Origin: Selaginella moellendorffii
Lineage: Eukaryota > Plantae > Lycopodiophyta
NCBI RefSeq assembly: GCF_000143415.4
Contig: NW_003314279.1
Span: forward strand, 558,130-622,129
Length of the DNA: 64,000 bases
Direction: 5' to 3'
Translations under genes and position numbers: made by a program
Shown: piece after piece, positions 34,938 to 47,199 of the stretch
Numbering within the stretch: the stretch's first letter is position 1
Layout of the letters: every line of letters begins with the position of its first letter
The notes under the pieces: generated by a model
Databases searched by the model: none
What the model saw: the letters and a program-made list of their open reading frames with translations, nothing else
What the model was told of the DNA's origin: nothing

Positions 34938-36779
34938 ATGCGGTGCTTCGCCCACAAGAAATCGCGGCACAAGAAGGCATCACTGGCGGGGCAGGACGCC
35001 TCCGCCAAGATGATGCGAACCATGTCGGCTCCACCCACATTCCTGGTCACGGATGACGACCCAATCCCGCCGCCGCCACCACTGGCTCACCCATCGCCAT
35101 CGCCTTCGCCATCGCCATCTCCCAGCGCCATCGCCAGGAACCCAAGATCAAAGCCCACCGCCATCGCCGTGCCCAAGATCTCCACCAGGTTGGAAGATGG
35201 CTCCTCGTCGCCCCTCGTCACCCACTCAGGCCCCAGTGGATACGCGAGCTTGAGCGGCGTGAGGAGGGATCCCATCGTCTTCCGGGGCCAGCCACTGCCG
35301 CTGCCCACGCCAGAGTCTTGCGGCCTCTCGCCAGAACCATCGAGATTCATGGGCTCCCCGGCGGTGACCAGGGATTCCACCGCTGCCAGTGATCACTATC
35401 GCCCCGGCAAAGAGTTCAAGAAATCGGCATCCATGCCACTGCCAAGGCCACCGCCAGTAGCCCACGAGAGGCTGGCCGCCGCGCACATCACCTTTTGCCC
35501 CGAGACCTCGTGCATTGGCGAGTCCGGCAATGGCCCGGCTTTCACTTGCACCGTCTCGATCGATGCCAATCCCCGCGGCGGCGGTAGCAGCAAGGACTCC
35601 ACGCAAGCGGTGCTCGTCCGGCTATCGGACACGACAATGCAGGTAAGAACCACGCCATAGCTTGGCTTCCATAGCTCAAAGCGCCGTTTGATAGGATTCC
35701 AAGGCTTGGATCGAGCACGTCAAGGAGATTGTGTGCCTGCGCGACGCGCACCTCAGCCGGATCCTGGGATTCAGCTTCACCACCGACGAGAAGCTGGTGG
35801 TTTACGAGATCCAGGCCAACGGGAGCTTGGACAGGCTCTTGTATGGCCGGAGCCGCGATCGGCCGCCGCTCGACTGGGCGACGCGGGTGAGGATCGCCAC
35901 CGATGCCGCGCGGGGGCTCGCGTTTCTTCACGAGCGATCGCCCACAAAGGTACGTCCGAAAGCTGGCTACGTCCAAAGTGCTCTCGCGTTCGTTGTTGCT
36001 CGTCACCCTCCACCATAGCTAAAAGCTTGTTTGTGCGTGATCTTCTTCCAGCTCATGTACAAGGACTTTAGAACTTTCAACGTGCACGTCGACAAGGAGC
36101 TGCGAGCACGACTCATGGGCTATGGATTCACGCAGAGGTTTATGAATCCGAGCTCGCTCATGGTGAGATCGAAAGTTTGGAAGAGAAGATCTTGACAAGA
36201 TGTTGCTCTTTGTGCTTGAAGGTGGCGGCCTACGCGGCGCCCGAGCTTCTCCAACGAGGAACGCAGTCGCTACCATCGCCCAAGAGCAACGTGTGGAGTT
36301 TCGGAGTGGTGCTGCTGGAGATCCTCACCGGCCGCCAGAACCGGGACGAGATGTTCGCGGTGGAGGAGCAGGACCTGGTCGGCTGGACGGCGCCGTATCT
36401 AGCCAACGACAAGAAGCTCTTCCTGGTCGTGGATCCGGAGCTCAAGGGGATGTTCCCGGCGAGATCCGTGTCGCTCTTTGCAAAGCTGGCGGCGCAGTGT
36501 TTGCAAAGGGACCCGGCGGCGCGGCCCAGCATGGATCAAGTTGTCCAGTCCCTGGAGCACGTCCAGGCCGAGCGCGATCACCACATCAAATTGTTCGATG
36601 CCTCGGCGGGGAGTGACAGTCGCAAGCCACTCATCGAAGCTCTCAGGGAGTGTAGCAGCCCCGGGGCGGCGGTGGCGATCCATCCGGCCTTCTCCACCGT
36701 CAATGGCACTCACGTCCAGAAGAAGATCGTCACCCGGATCATCAAAACGCTGTGTTCTTCGCCAGGAACTTTCGACTAG
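34938..36779 (+). CDS. Receptor-like cytoplasmic kinase-like protein, probable pseudokinase
   Basis: LVVYE...NGSLDRLLYG, LDWATRVRIATDAARGLAFLHE, YAAPE, KSNVWSFGVVLLEILTGR, CLQRDPAARPSM. VAIK Lys absent, HRD is YKD, DFG is GYG. Confidence 0.88.
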
Positions 36780-36805
36780 ATGGAGAGATGGATGGATGGA
36801 TTGGA

Positions 36806-39019
36806 TCATCGTGCTGCCATCGATGGAGCGCTCGACAGCGCGTTGGCTAGCACCGAGTGAAGCCCACCACTCTGGGAGGAATCCGCGAGTGCTCTCTCCA
36901 ACACCAGCTCTGGCAGCCGCCGGGTGGCGCTGGCACCGATGACGCTCGTCCAGTTGGGAGCATCCGGGACGAAGGGCATGCTCGCGACGAGATCCTCGGC
37001 GTCGCGCAGATGTCCCGCGCGGCAGAGAAGATCGATCATACATCCATAGTGCTGCTTCGTCAATCCAAGCCCAAAGTCGTAGCCAATGGAACCGAAGCGC
37101 GAGCGCCCGATCCTCACGTCGCCCGCGTGGTTGCAGCCGTGGAGAACGCACGCCAGCGACGATTCGTCCGGCGCCACGCCATGGATCAACATCCCGCCAT
37201 AACTCTCGAAGAGATCATCACTCTGGTGCCTGGCCTGCGCTTGCATCGCGAGGATCACGTTCCAGGCAATGGCGTCGGGGGCCTCCGGCGTGGACTGGAA
37301 GATGGCGAGCGCGCGATCGGCGTGGCCGCTCTGCGCGTAGGCCGAGATCATGAGCGTGCTCGAATAGAGGCTGACGTGATCCGGCATTAAATCCCAGAGC
37401 TCTCTAGCTCGATCCAGCCTGCCAGCGCCGACGAGCGCCGCGAGCATGAGGTTCCAGGAGCCGGTGTTCCTGTCCGGCATAGCCGAGAAGAGATACTCCG
37501 CGTCGGCGAAACGTGCTGACTGGACGTACCCCGTCAGCAAGGCGTTCCACGTGTCGGTGTTGTGCGAAGCCATGCTATCAAACAGGCACTTGGCGCGTTC
37601 CACGTGTCCTGCGTTCGCTAGCGCCGCCGCCATGGCATTACAGCACACCACGTCCGGGCGAGCAACCACGGTATCAAACGTCCTCTTGGCCTCCTCCACG
37701 TGCCCCCACTGGGAATATGCCACCACGAGCGCGGTGCACGACACCACGTCAAGCTCGGGCATGGAATCGAACTCGCGTTTAGTCTCCTCGAGCGTGCCGT
37801 ATCGTACGTACATGTCCAGCATGGCATTCCAGCACACGAGGTCCCGTTCAGGGAATCTCTCAAACAAGAGCTTGGCTTGAAGAATATCCCCTTTCTGGGC
37901 ATATGCTGTGAGCATCGTTGTCCACGAGACAAGATCTCGCTGGAGCATGCCATCGAACAAGATCTTAGCTTCGTCAACCCGATTGTTTGCGCAAAGCATC
38001 TCCAAGAGTGTGTTCCATGACACGAGATTGAGCTCTGGCATGGTTTTGGCGAACTTGATAGCTCCATCCAGATGCCCTGATTGGGCATACGCTGCAAGGA
38101 TCAGATTCCACGAGACCATGCTTCTTTCAGGCATCTTGTCAAACAACGCCTTGGCAGTTTCGAGCTGGTAGTGAGCGAGAGCTGTGAGCAAGGTGTTCCA
38201 TGACACCACATCCCAGAAGCTCATCGTATCAAACAGCAACTTGGCCTCTCTCCAGCAACCATTTTGCCCATAGGCGGCTAGCATCGCGTTCCACGATCTC
38301 AGGTTTGGATCCGGCATGGAATCAAACATGGACTTCGCTCGACCAACGTCTCCATTCTGGGCATATGCCGCGAGCATCGCTGTGCAAGCCACCACGTCGT
38401 GATCCGCCATAGTCGCAAACAGAGACTCGGCGTCACGCAAATACCCATGCTGTGCGTAAGCCACCAGCATTGTCGTCCAGGCCACGAAATCGGAGTCGGG
38501 CATAAGATCAAACACGCGTTTCGCGCCAGAAATATTCCCAGTCTCGGCATATGCTGCGATCATGGCATTCCACGAGACGCGGCTCCTGGACGGCATCTTT
38601 AAGAACGCATCCTCGGCTTGTTTGATGAGACCCTCGTTCGCATATAGCGTAAGAATGGTGTTCCACGAGACCGTGTCTTTCACGGGCATTACGGAAAACA
38701 ACATTCGAGCGTCCTGGAGATGCCCGTTTCGGGCATATGCCGAGAGCATCATGTTCCAGGAGAAGCTGTCCTTGTGGGCGATGGCGTCAAACACCGATCG
38801 AGCCTCAGCAGCGCTGCCGCATCTCCCATACGCTTGAACGAGCAAATTGGAGAGGTAGGAATGTGATCCAGCATCATTTCTCTCTTCCTGGAGCTTGATA
38901 GAGGCATGAAGACGCCTGGCCTGAGATAGACTGCTACACGATCTTAGCAGCTTGATGGAGTCCTGGTGCTGAGCTGAAAACTCGTGGACCATGGCTTGCG
39001 GAGCAGTATCAGGTATCAT
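36806..39019 (-). CDS. PLS-class PPR protein dominated by tandem ~31-aa S-type motifs with a C-terminal E domain, no DYW
   Basis: Intronless ORF; repeated VSWNAMLAAYAQNG...AK.LFD.MP; E-domain HYGCMIDLLCRAGHLRDAEDLVASMPFVPD...W. First ATG at 39019. Confidence 0.93.
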   Translation of the reverse strand: MIPDTAPQAMVHEFSAQHQDSIKLLRSCSSLSQARRLHASIKLQEERNDAGSHSYLSNLLVQAYGRCGSAAEARSVFDAIAHKDSFSWNMMLSAYARNGHLQDARMLFSVMPVKDTVSWNTILTLYANEGLIKQAEDAFLKMPSRSRVSWNAMIAAYAETGNISGAKRVFDLMPDSDFVAWTTMLVAYAQHGYLRDAESLFATMADHDVVACTAMLAAYAQNGDVGRAKSMFDSMPDPNLRSWNAMLAAYGQNGCWREAKLLFDTMSFWDVVSWNTLLTALAHYQLETAKALFDKMPERSMVSWNLILAAYAQSGHLDGAIKFAKTMPELNLVSWNTLLEMLCANNRVDEAKILFDGMLQRDLVSWTTMLTAYAQKGDILQAKLLFERFPERDLVCWNAMLDMYVRYGTLEETKREFDSMPELDVVSCTALVVAYSQWGHVEEAKRTFDTVVARPDVVCCNAMAAALANAGHVERAKCLFDSMASHNTDTWNALLTGYVQSARFADAEYLFSAMPDRNTGSWNLMLAALVGAGRLDRARELWDLMPDHVSLYSSTLMISAYAQSGHADRALAIFQSTPEAPDAIAWNVILAMQAQARHQSDDLFESYGGMLIHGVAPDESSLACVLHGCNHAGDVRIGRSRFGSIGYDFGLGLTKQHYGCMIDLLCRAGHLRDAEDLVASMPFVPDAPNWTSVIGASATRRLPELVLERALADSSQSGGLHSVLANALSSAPSMAAR

Positions 39020-39072
39020 AGCTCGTGACTTCGTGATCAAGAGCTTTAAGTTGATCCATAGCCCTGTGACTT

Positions 39073-40578
39073 TCAGTCCGACACCTTTTTTTCACGCTTG
39101 GCTTTCGGAGGAGTCGGCTTGGCTTGCATGACCCAACCATGGAGCTCGGTCTTGTCGATAGCAGCAGCATACTTCTCGGCACTGAGGTCCTCGGGTATCA
39201 CTATCCTGGCGGACGCTTTCTTTGAGGCGGTCTGGTAGACAGTCACGCTGTCGACTCGTAACCCCATGCCTTGTAGGTGCTGCTCGAGCTCCTTCTCGGT
39301 GATGCTGGGATTGAGCTCGGTGATGGAGATGGAAGGCCCGTCTGCTTTGCCACCTTGACGGACTTGCCTTCCCGTAGGCGCTAGTTTCGGCTTCTCTCCA
39401 GTTTCTTGTCCGATCTTCTCCCTCAGCTCCCGCAAGACGTTTACGCGGAGGTATTTGTCAGGTAGAAGCACGTCCCAGTAAATTCCTGGCAAGAGAAGAA
39501 GATGAGAGAAAACAATGGAGCCTTGTAAAGGATTTACAAGACTTACCGGTTGGTTTTGGAATTTTGGTGTTCGTGTGATAGATGTAATTTGGTGTGCAAA
39601 CTATATCGACTGGAAGGTCGTAAGGGAGCAGCTTGTCCACGGGGATGTCATTCACGAGCTGTTTATCGTGGACTACAACGAAAAACTTAAGAGTTATCCA
39701 TTACCATCATTCGTCGACATACCTGTAGTCACGACAAGTGTGGACTCGTCTATAATTTTCTTGTGACGAAGCAGCGCGTACGCCAGCTCCTCAGTTCCCT
39801 GAAATGAAAATCATCCACACCTCGCTACAAGCAAAAATGAGATTCTTACATGGCCAACGCCAACGCGAGCACCAGTGCCTGGATCCACCGCAACCGAGCC
39901 GATGACAAGAATGTCGACCCTGAAATCCGACTCAAGCCCCAGCTCTTTCCCCAGCAACTCACCCTCTGCACGACTCTGCTGGAAATAAATCTCACTCACA
40001 TCGTCTGAGAAACACTGGCGTACCAATGCGTGCCGAGGTCTCCCTCATCTTGTAGAAGGACAAGTACGTCGGGCTCACAACCGCGTAGAAGCCCTTCTTT
40101 AGCCCCGGTGGAGGAACAAGCAGCACTTTCATATCTGGAAACCAAGAGAAACTCCCATCACAACAAAGAGAAGAAAATTTGTCTGTCGAGATTTACGCCT
40201 GAGTGTTATGAATCTCACTTGTCTCTGCGGCGCATCCGGGCACACGCTCACGAACTGGGCCCCTCGATATTCGGGCAGAAGCAGCACCTAAGAGACAAAA
40301 GAAAAAGAGAATGAAATCTCTGAGCTGCTACTACTACTAGCTACTACTCTCACCTTGTCGGCTGCCTTGCCGGCTCCACGGAAATTCGGAATTGTGTTGT
40401 GCACCGGCCTCGGCATCAAAGCAATGCCCTTTTTCTCGATCAAATCCCACATTCGCTTCCGGATTCCCCATTTCCAGGCGCCAGGCTTCTCGTCGGCTGG
40501 CGCAGCAGCAGGCGCATCAGCATTCGAGCAAAAGCCTCTCGACCGGAGCGCGCGCCACCGCTGTGGGAGGCGCTGCAT
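39073..40578 (-). CDS. 5-formyltetrahydrofolate cyclo-ligase-like COG0212/MTHFSD protein with C-terminal RRM-like domain
   Basis: [10 protein letters not shown]...[50 protein letters not shown]; C-terminal [19 protein letters not shown]...ARIVI...[17 protein letters not shown]; transit-like N-terminus. Confidence 0.85.
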
Positions 40579-42161
40579 TTTCCCTCCCTCCTCCCTTAAA
40601 ACCCTAAACCTTCCGTACCATATAACCTTTCCGTACAAAAGATATACGAGCCCTAAATGACGAGAATATCTTTATTCCGCTCAAACCTATTATTAGCGTC
40701 AACCTTCCGATCTTTTGCTGGATCCACAAAAATCTCTTGGAATCGTCCGGATCCCTTTTAGAGTTTATAAGGATTCCATTGATGTGAGACTTCTGACATC
40801 AATGCATCACTTGGAAAATAGAATAGATCCAAATCTCATCGCCCACCCACTGGCGAATCGCCACATTCCAAGCCCTTGTTTATCCCAGCGCCAGAGCTGA
40901 TTGGCGCGAGCACTCCGCGATCTTGCGTCCACGTCGTGGCGCGAAGATGTGAACATTGTTGTCAATGAATATGATACTCGATTTCTCGCACTGTGGAGCG
41001 ATTTGCCGGCACAGACACGGTGCTCGATCGATCTCCACGGGATTCGAGAACGGAGCCCCGACCCACAAACCAGAGTTTAAAGCGGGGGGGACAATTCAAT
41101 CGTCTAATCGCTAAAGCGAATCAAATGTTTCCACAGAAAAAAGAGTGTGCGCAAGTATTTCAAGGGTGGCGTACGGATTGTCTCGCTTTTTCCGGAAGGC
41201 CCAGGTTTTTCAAAGGCTAGAAAACACGCGAAGGTGTTCGTCGCCAACAAATGGTCAAGCTTGTCGACATCCCGTTGGATGATTTTCTCCACTGATCGAC
41301 GAAATCAGCCTCGCGAAAACAAAGTCTTTTTCTTTGTAGATTCGCGCAACTTGTTGCTAGCTATAGAGTTTAACGTCTTAAACATTCCGTAATTATCTTT
41401 TGACTTTGGAACAGCCGATAATTGATACACCCCGGGGTCCATTTCGATGCAACCACATCCATAGCTATCGAAACTTCTCCCCTTGGTCAAAAAGTTTAAA
41501 TCGCCCAAAAGATCCCCGGAAACTCTCCCGGCTGCGAAAGCAACTTGGTAACCAATCAAAGCGAGACACGATGATTCCGGCGGACGCTGCACACGGCACG
41601 AAAAAAAGAAACAAAAAAAAAAAGAAAAGTGTCTTTGGGAGAGCCAAGCAGTAACTTGGGGCAATTGTTTATTGTTGCAAGAGTCTCTCCAGAGTTTCGC
41701 GACAACACAAAGTCCCCATCTCTCTTTCTCTCACTCTCTCTTTTAGCACTACTCTGGATGGAAGCACTGTTCTTTCTCTTCTGGGGGATGGATCATTCAT
41801 GGTGGCTCGCTGGTGGTTTTTTAAGGTGTGCTTTTCTTTTCTTTTCCACAGTGGGGGAGCTTGTCGAGAAATCCTTGCACACCTTTGCGGAAACACGGTG
41901 GTAAAAGAAGCGCTTCGCTTGGTGCTGTGGGACACTCACACACAACGTGACACAGTGATCACAGTGATATCATATACACGATATAATAGTATTATGTATT
42001 GTTATATAGTATCATATCATGTAGTATATATAAGTGCTTTCGATCCAGGCAGCAACCCGGTTCCTCACACCGCACTTCGCCGTTCGCTCGCTCTCGCTCT
42101 TGCGCTCTCTCCACCATCTCCACACAAAGACCCTCTTCTTCCAAGAAAGAGATTCTCGAGA

Positions 42162-42749
42162 ATGGCAAGCTTGTGGATGCTCGCGGTGCTTGCCGCAGCG
42201 GCCTTTGTTCTACTCCTGCTCCCTGGCGGGGCTGTTTGCGAGGGTGATACCACTACCAAGAAGGAGCAAACAAGAGGTTTGTTTAGCTTGATTTCGCGAT
42301 ATATATTTCTATGATTTGCATCCACTTGGTACTTGATCTTTCTTAGATGGCGACCGCAATGTCGCAGATATAGATACCGCACTGGATCATCAGCTGGCGC
42401 ACCAGCTTGCTTCTCGTCCCAAAATCCGTTGGTCTCGGAAGGTGCTTTCAATACAATGTTTGATCACACTGGGCTTTTCTCTCATATGATTCATTCTTGC
42501 TTGCAGATGCTAGATTCTCCAGCGCAGTTTGCAGATCACCCGGCGACGAGCAAGTCGCAAGCAGCACCGGAAGCTCAAGCAAAGGTTGCCAGAACTGTGA
42601 AGGAAAGAGACGCCGCTGGATCAGCAGTACCAAGCACGAGCTCATCCACCAAGAGCTCGTCCAAGCACGACAACACCGAGGACCTGTTCCACATAGATTA
42701 CACACCGGCCGCGATTCACCCTCCTCGCAGCCACGGTCACAATCCTTGA
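42162..42749 (+). CDS. RGF/GOLVEN/CLEL-like secreted sulfopeptide precursor, 150 aa, three exons
   Basis: Exons 42162-42276, 42347-42441, 42507-42749 (453 nt). Signal peptide MASLWMLAVLAAAAFVLLLLPGGAVCEG; SRKML motif across the exon 2/3 junction; C-terminal DLFHI-DYTPAAIHPPRSHGHNP*. Confidence 0.8.
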
Positions 42750-43899
42750 GATCACGGCCCAGAACAAAACGATTTCTTCACAGGCTCGATCAAGCACCAC
42801 ATTAAATAGAGCTTAGCAGCAGTCTGTACAAAGAAAAGAGTAAGAGGCCATCAAGCAGAACAAAAAAACAGAAGAGAATAAGCAAGCATATAGTAATCAA
42901 ATCACTGATCAGTATGTCAGTCGATCGAGCTAGATCAAATCTAGCTCCTCCTCCTCCTCCTCCTCCTCGGGTTTGCAAATGGCAATTACAAATGTGAATT
43001 CTATTCTCCGCGACGCTCTCTCCTTCGATCATCATGTAGCTCAAGACTGTGTTCTTGAGGAAGAACGCACAGTGGCGGCATATACCCTGCCTAGTGGACA
43101 AATTGGTGCAGCGCGGTATATTCCTCGGCACTCCGGCCGTGGACTGGATTAAACAAAAGGCCGGATTTGGGGTGGCGATTTGGTCGGCTGGAGCTAAGCA
43201 AAAACAAGCCCGGCCACTGTCTAGAGCTTACGCTCTCGTCATCATCGCCGCTCAGACAGGCCGACCGAGTGCCGACGTGGTCGCCTTGCCTATAGCCTCA
43301 AATCTCCCTCAGTCCACTCTAGTCAAAGCCTGTGGTCAACGGTGTGCGTGGGTGTGGTGATGTCAACGCGCGCAACGTCACTGCAAGTTGGGGGAGCTCT
43401 GAGTCCTCCACTACAAGCTGTCCGCGATGGGACGGGATTTTGGCGATTGGATCTACGGATACTGCGAGATTCCGGCATCAAGTATTCTGGAAAGGCGATG
43501 ACAACCGATCGATCGAGGGGAATGGGTGAATCACATCACACCCATTTTTTTTTGACACCACTGAGAAAGAAGAGCTCATTTCGCTTCTTCGTTTCTAGCT
43601 TCGTCCCCCCTTTGCCTTTAAGTGAGTGCACACACGAGCGTAGAAGAACACTATCATTCCGATACCTAGTGGATGACAGGTATTCCCTGGAGGGCATCAT
43701 CCGCCAACGCAATTTGGTGTTGACTTTGTACTTTCTTCCTCCCTCGCATCGCAGCAGTCAGTTCGGGGCAACTTGGAGCAAAGCTTCCCATCCCCTCTTT
43801 TCTCGCCACAAGTTGATCAAGTCACGCAAAGATGTGCTGTGGATGGTGGTGGTCACGGGATGGGTCCGGCGTCTGCGCGCTCGCATCCTCTCCAGGCAC

Positions 43900-45844
43900 C
43901 TCCAAACCGACAAGCCCAGACTCTGGAGCCCAAGGGTACGATCGAAACCTTCCCCCTGCCAGTCTTCTGGTGCAGATGTACGGCGGCTGCTGCGAAATCG
44001 AGGAGGCCCCGGCCGTGTTTGATGCTCTCCACTCCCGACAGCGTTTTCTCTGGAAACATCATGGTCGCGGCATTTGCCCAGAACGGGCATATCCCCGATG
44101 CGTGGCAAGTGTTTGATGCAATGCCGGAGAAGAACGTAGTATCTTGGACCACTATTATTGCTGTCTACTGTTCCGCCAGTCACGTCGAGGGAGCAAAGTT
44201 ACTGTTTGATGTGGCTGGAACGCTCTCGTCACGGCTTATGCCCAAAACGGGCATGTGTTTGAAGCGGCGGTGGTGCTCTACAGGCAGCCCACTAGAACGC
44301 TCGTCTCCTGGAACTCGATTCTCAAGGGCTACTCTCAAGACGGTGACTTGGATTCAACACTTGGAACGGTTCGCGACCTTCTTGGGAACTTGAGAAGGAT
44401 TCTTTCGCTCGGGCCGCTGCCATCCAAGCGTATGCCCGAGCTGGTCATGTCGGCGATGCAGCAGCCGTTTACGAGAGAATGCCTCGGCACTGTTCCGTTA
44501 GCGTAACCGCGATGATCCAGGCTTTCTGTCAGGCTGGGATTCCCAACAGAGCAAAGAAAGTTTTTGAGAGTCGCTGAGATATGATCACTGACAGCTTTTC
44601 TTTCGGCACTTGCGGCAAATGGGATGGTGCAAGATGTGAAGGATGCGTTCGAAGATGCCAGAGAAGAATTGCGTTTCTTGGGACGCTCAACAGATAGGTG
44701 GCTTTTCCTTCGGCGTATAGGATGCCTCAACACAGTTGTCACGGCTTCCAACTTCTTGATCGAAGCGCTCGCTCAAAACGATTCCAAAGTAACTTTTCTG
44801 GCGCTGTCTCACACGAGGGCTGGAGAAATGAAGGCCGCGGCTACGTTACTAGAAAGGATGCCACAGTACAACGTCGTGACTTGGACTACCATGGTGTTGG
44901 GATATTCCAGGAATGGTGATGCCGTGCGTGCCGTCCAAGTGTTCTTCCGGGAGATGACGCAGCGTAACATCGTGTCGTGGAACTCGATTCTCCAAGCGCT
45001 GCTGGTCTGGATAGAGCTCGCAAGCTCTTCGCTCAAATGCCGCAGCACGACGTCATCTCCTGGACGTCGCTGGCGGCCAAGTTCGCTTCGAAGCCCGAGT
45101 TCCAAGACGAGGTGAGGAACTTATTCCAGAGAACGCCTGAAAGAGATATTGCAGCGTGCAGTGCATTGATCGCCGCCTATGCTCACAGCGGTCAAGCGAG
45201 AGCGTCGCTGGAGCTCTTCTGGCTCATGGACTTGGAAGGACGCCGCGACTTTTGTGAGCGCGTTGGACGCGTGTGCTACTCTCTCGGCTCTTCCCCAGGG
45301 CAGGATTCTCCACTCGAGCATTCTCTCCAATACGAAGCTCGAGCTAAATCCTAGCAACCGCGCTCGTGAACATATAGTACCTATTGCTCTTGCATGGACG
45401 AAGCTCATGTGTTTGACAGCATGGAGGAGCGAGACGTGGTCTCCTGGAACGCATTGGTGGCGGCCACTCTCACCACGGCCACGGCAACAAAGTCTTCCTC
45501 GAGCTTCTTCCCGAGATGGTGCTACAGATAGTGCATCCAGACAGCGTGACGCTCACCAGCTGCGCTTACAGTCACGTAGGCCTGCTCGACGGCGGCTTGG
45601 AGTTCCTCGGCCGGATCCCTGAGGACTTTGGCATGCAAGCGACGCTGGACAAGGGCGATTGGAAGAGGCCGAGGAGCTGGTTGAGGTGAGGCCGTTTGAG
45701 CCGGACAGCTCTACGGGGATGAATCTAGTCGGTGCCTGTGTAAGCCACGGTGGCCATGCCGCAGGAGCTGGCCTTGTGCTCGAGCCGAAACCACATAATC
45801 GAGCTCCATACGTGTTGCTCGCCAACATGCTCGCTAACTGCTAG
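43900..45844 (+). pseudogene. Frameshifted PLS-PPR (E-class) pseudogene
   Basis: PPR motifs (AFAQNGHIPDAWQVFDAMPEKNVVSWT, NVVTWTTMV, AYAHSGQ, APYVLLANM) scattered over all three frames. Confidence 0.85.
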
Positions 45845-46034
45845 AGGAACTACGTCATGAGATCAAACGATCTCTCGCTTTTGTTTTCTGGAAAGGGATA
45901 CGAAGAACCGTGGTGTTGCAAGAGGCTCTTTTCAGAAGGTGTTACTTCGAAGTCGCGAGAAACAAGAAAGCCTAACAAAATCATCGATCGCCTTGATCAT
46001 TCTACGTAAAAGGGATTCTTTGTCTAGGTTATCT

Positions 46035-47019
46035 ATGGCGCTTGAGGCCTGCGCCAGCATGGCGGTCTCGTTTGTGCCTGCTCGCAATGTTGGTCCTCTT
46101 CTTCCACAGGAGAAAACGCGTGTGCTCTCACGCCAGCGCTTCCGGATTCGTGGGTTGAGTGCTGCGAGTGAGCAGCCGGATGTTCCTCCCAGCACACACG
46201 TCCAAGAAAACCAGGTTTCTTCTTCTCCATGTTTCTTCTCTAAAACTTCACGCTCTACCTAGTTGCCAGGCGGAGGTGAGAATTTTGGATCGCCCAAGAG
46301 CTTGCTAGCATCAATCCTCTCACGAAATGACGAGTAGGCCAACGTCCATTCGATCGGTGCTTCTGTTGAAAGTGAGTGATTCCATTCCATCTTAACAACG
46401 CAGCCTCAAGAGCCAACTGAGGAGATATGGAACCGCTGGGATACTTTCTTACGGCGTTTTCAACACCATGTACTACCTAGGAACGTTTCTCTTCTTCTGG
46501 TAAACGACCACCTGGCCGCCATAGCCAACACCTTACAGATAGTGATCGATGAAAACTGGTATTTTTTCACAGGTTCTATGTGGCTCCATCACCAGGAGGC
46601 CTTGGCCATGCCGCTGCTGCTCAAAGGTTTGTCCGTGTGTACTTTCCACTCGTTTTGATCGCGAGAGTTCGAGCTTTGTTACATGTATCACAGGTTTGTG
46701 AAGCTCTTTGCGATGGTGTGGGCAGGCAGTCAAGTGACGAAACTTTTGCGTGCTGCAGCGTAAGTTTCGCGTCGCTCTCAAATCTAAATTGCTTTCCATT
46801 CCAGCGCTCTGGCTCTGGCCCCGCTCGTGGACAAGTGTCTCAACTGGTTTACAAGCACGCTCCACTTCGAATCGAGGGAAAAGGTGCGTTTTGTTCTGGG
46901 ATTTCTAAGAACTCCACCTTGCGTTTTTGGTTTCTTTGCAGGCGTTTGGAACTCTAGTAGCCGGCTGCTTTGCTCTGGCTTTGCTCGTCTTCGTTGTCAT
47001 CACAAGCTTATGGGCGTGA
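46035..47019 (+). CDS. Uncharacterised plastid membrane protein (At2g38695-like)
   Basis: Spliced: LRRYGTAGILSYGVFNTMYY...WFYVAPSPG...MVWAGSQVTKLLRA...ALAPLVDKCLNWFT...KAFG...ITSLWA*; transit-like N-terminus. Family assignment from memory. Confidence 0.78.
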
Positions 47020-47199
47020 CTCCAATAGAGCAGAACAGGCTTTTGTCCAAACAGGCACTGAAAAATTTCTTTATACATGAGTAACTCCGGCAGTGCTTGT
47101 GGGACTCTAGAAACTCGAGGATCACTGCGCAGATTATGCGAAATTACGCTCCAAGATTGGAGGAGCAACAAAATACAAACCCTTCTCCACCGCCGCTGC

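Noticed and set aside
43000-43900. ORFs between the RGF-like gene and the PPR pseudogene
   Set aside because: No recognisable motif or consistent splice structure.
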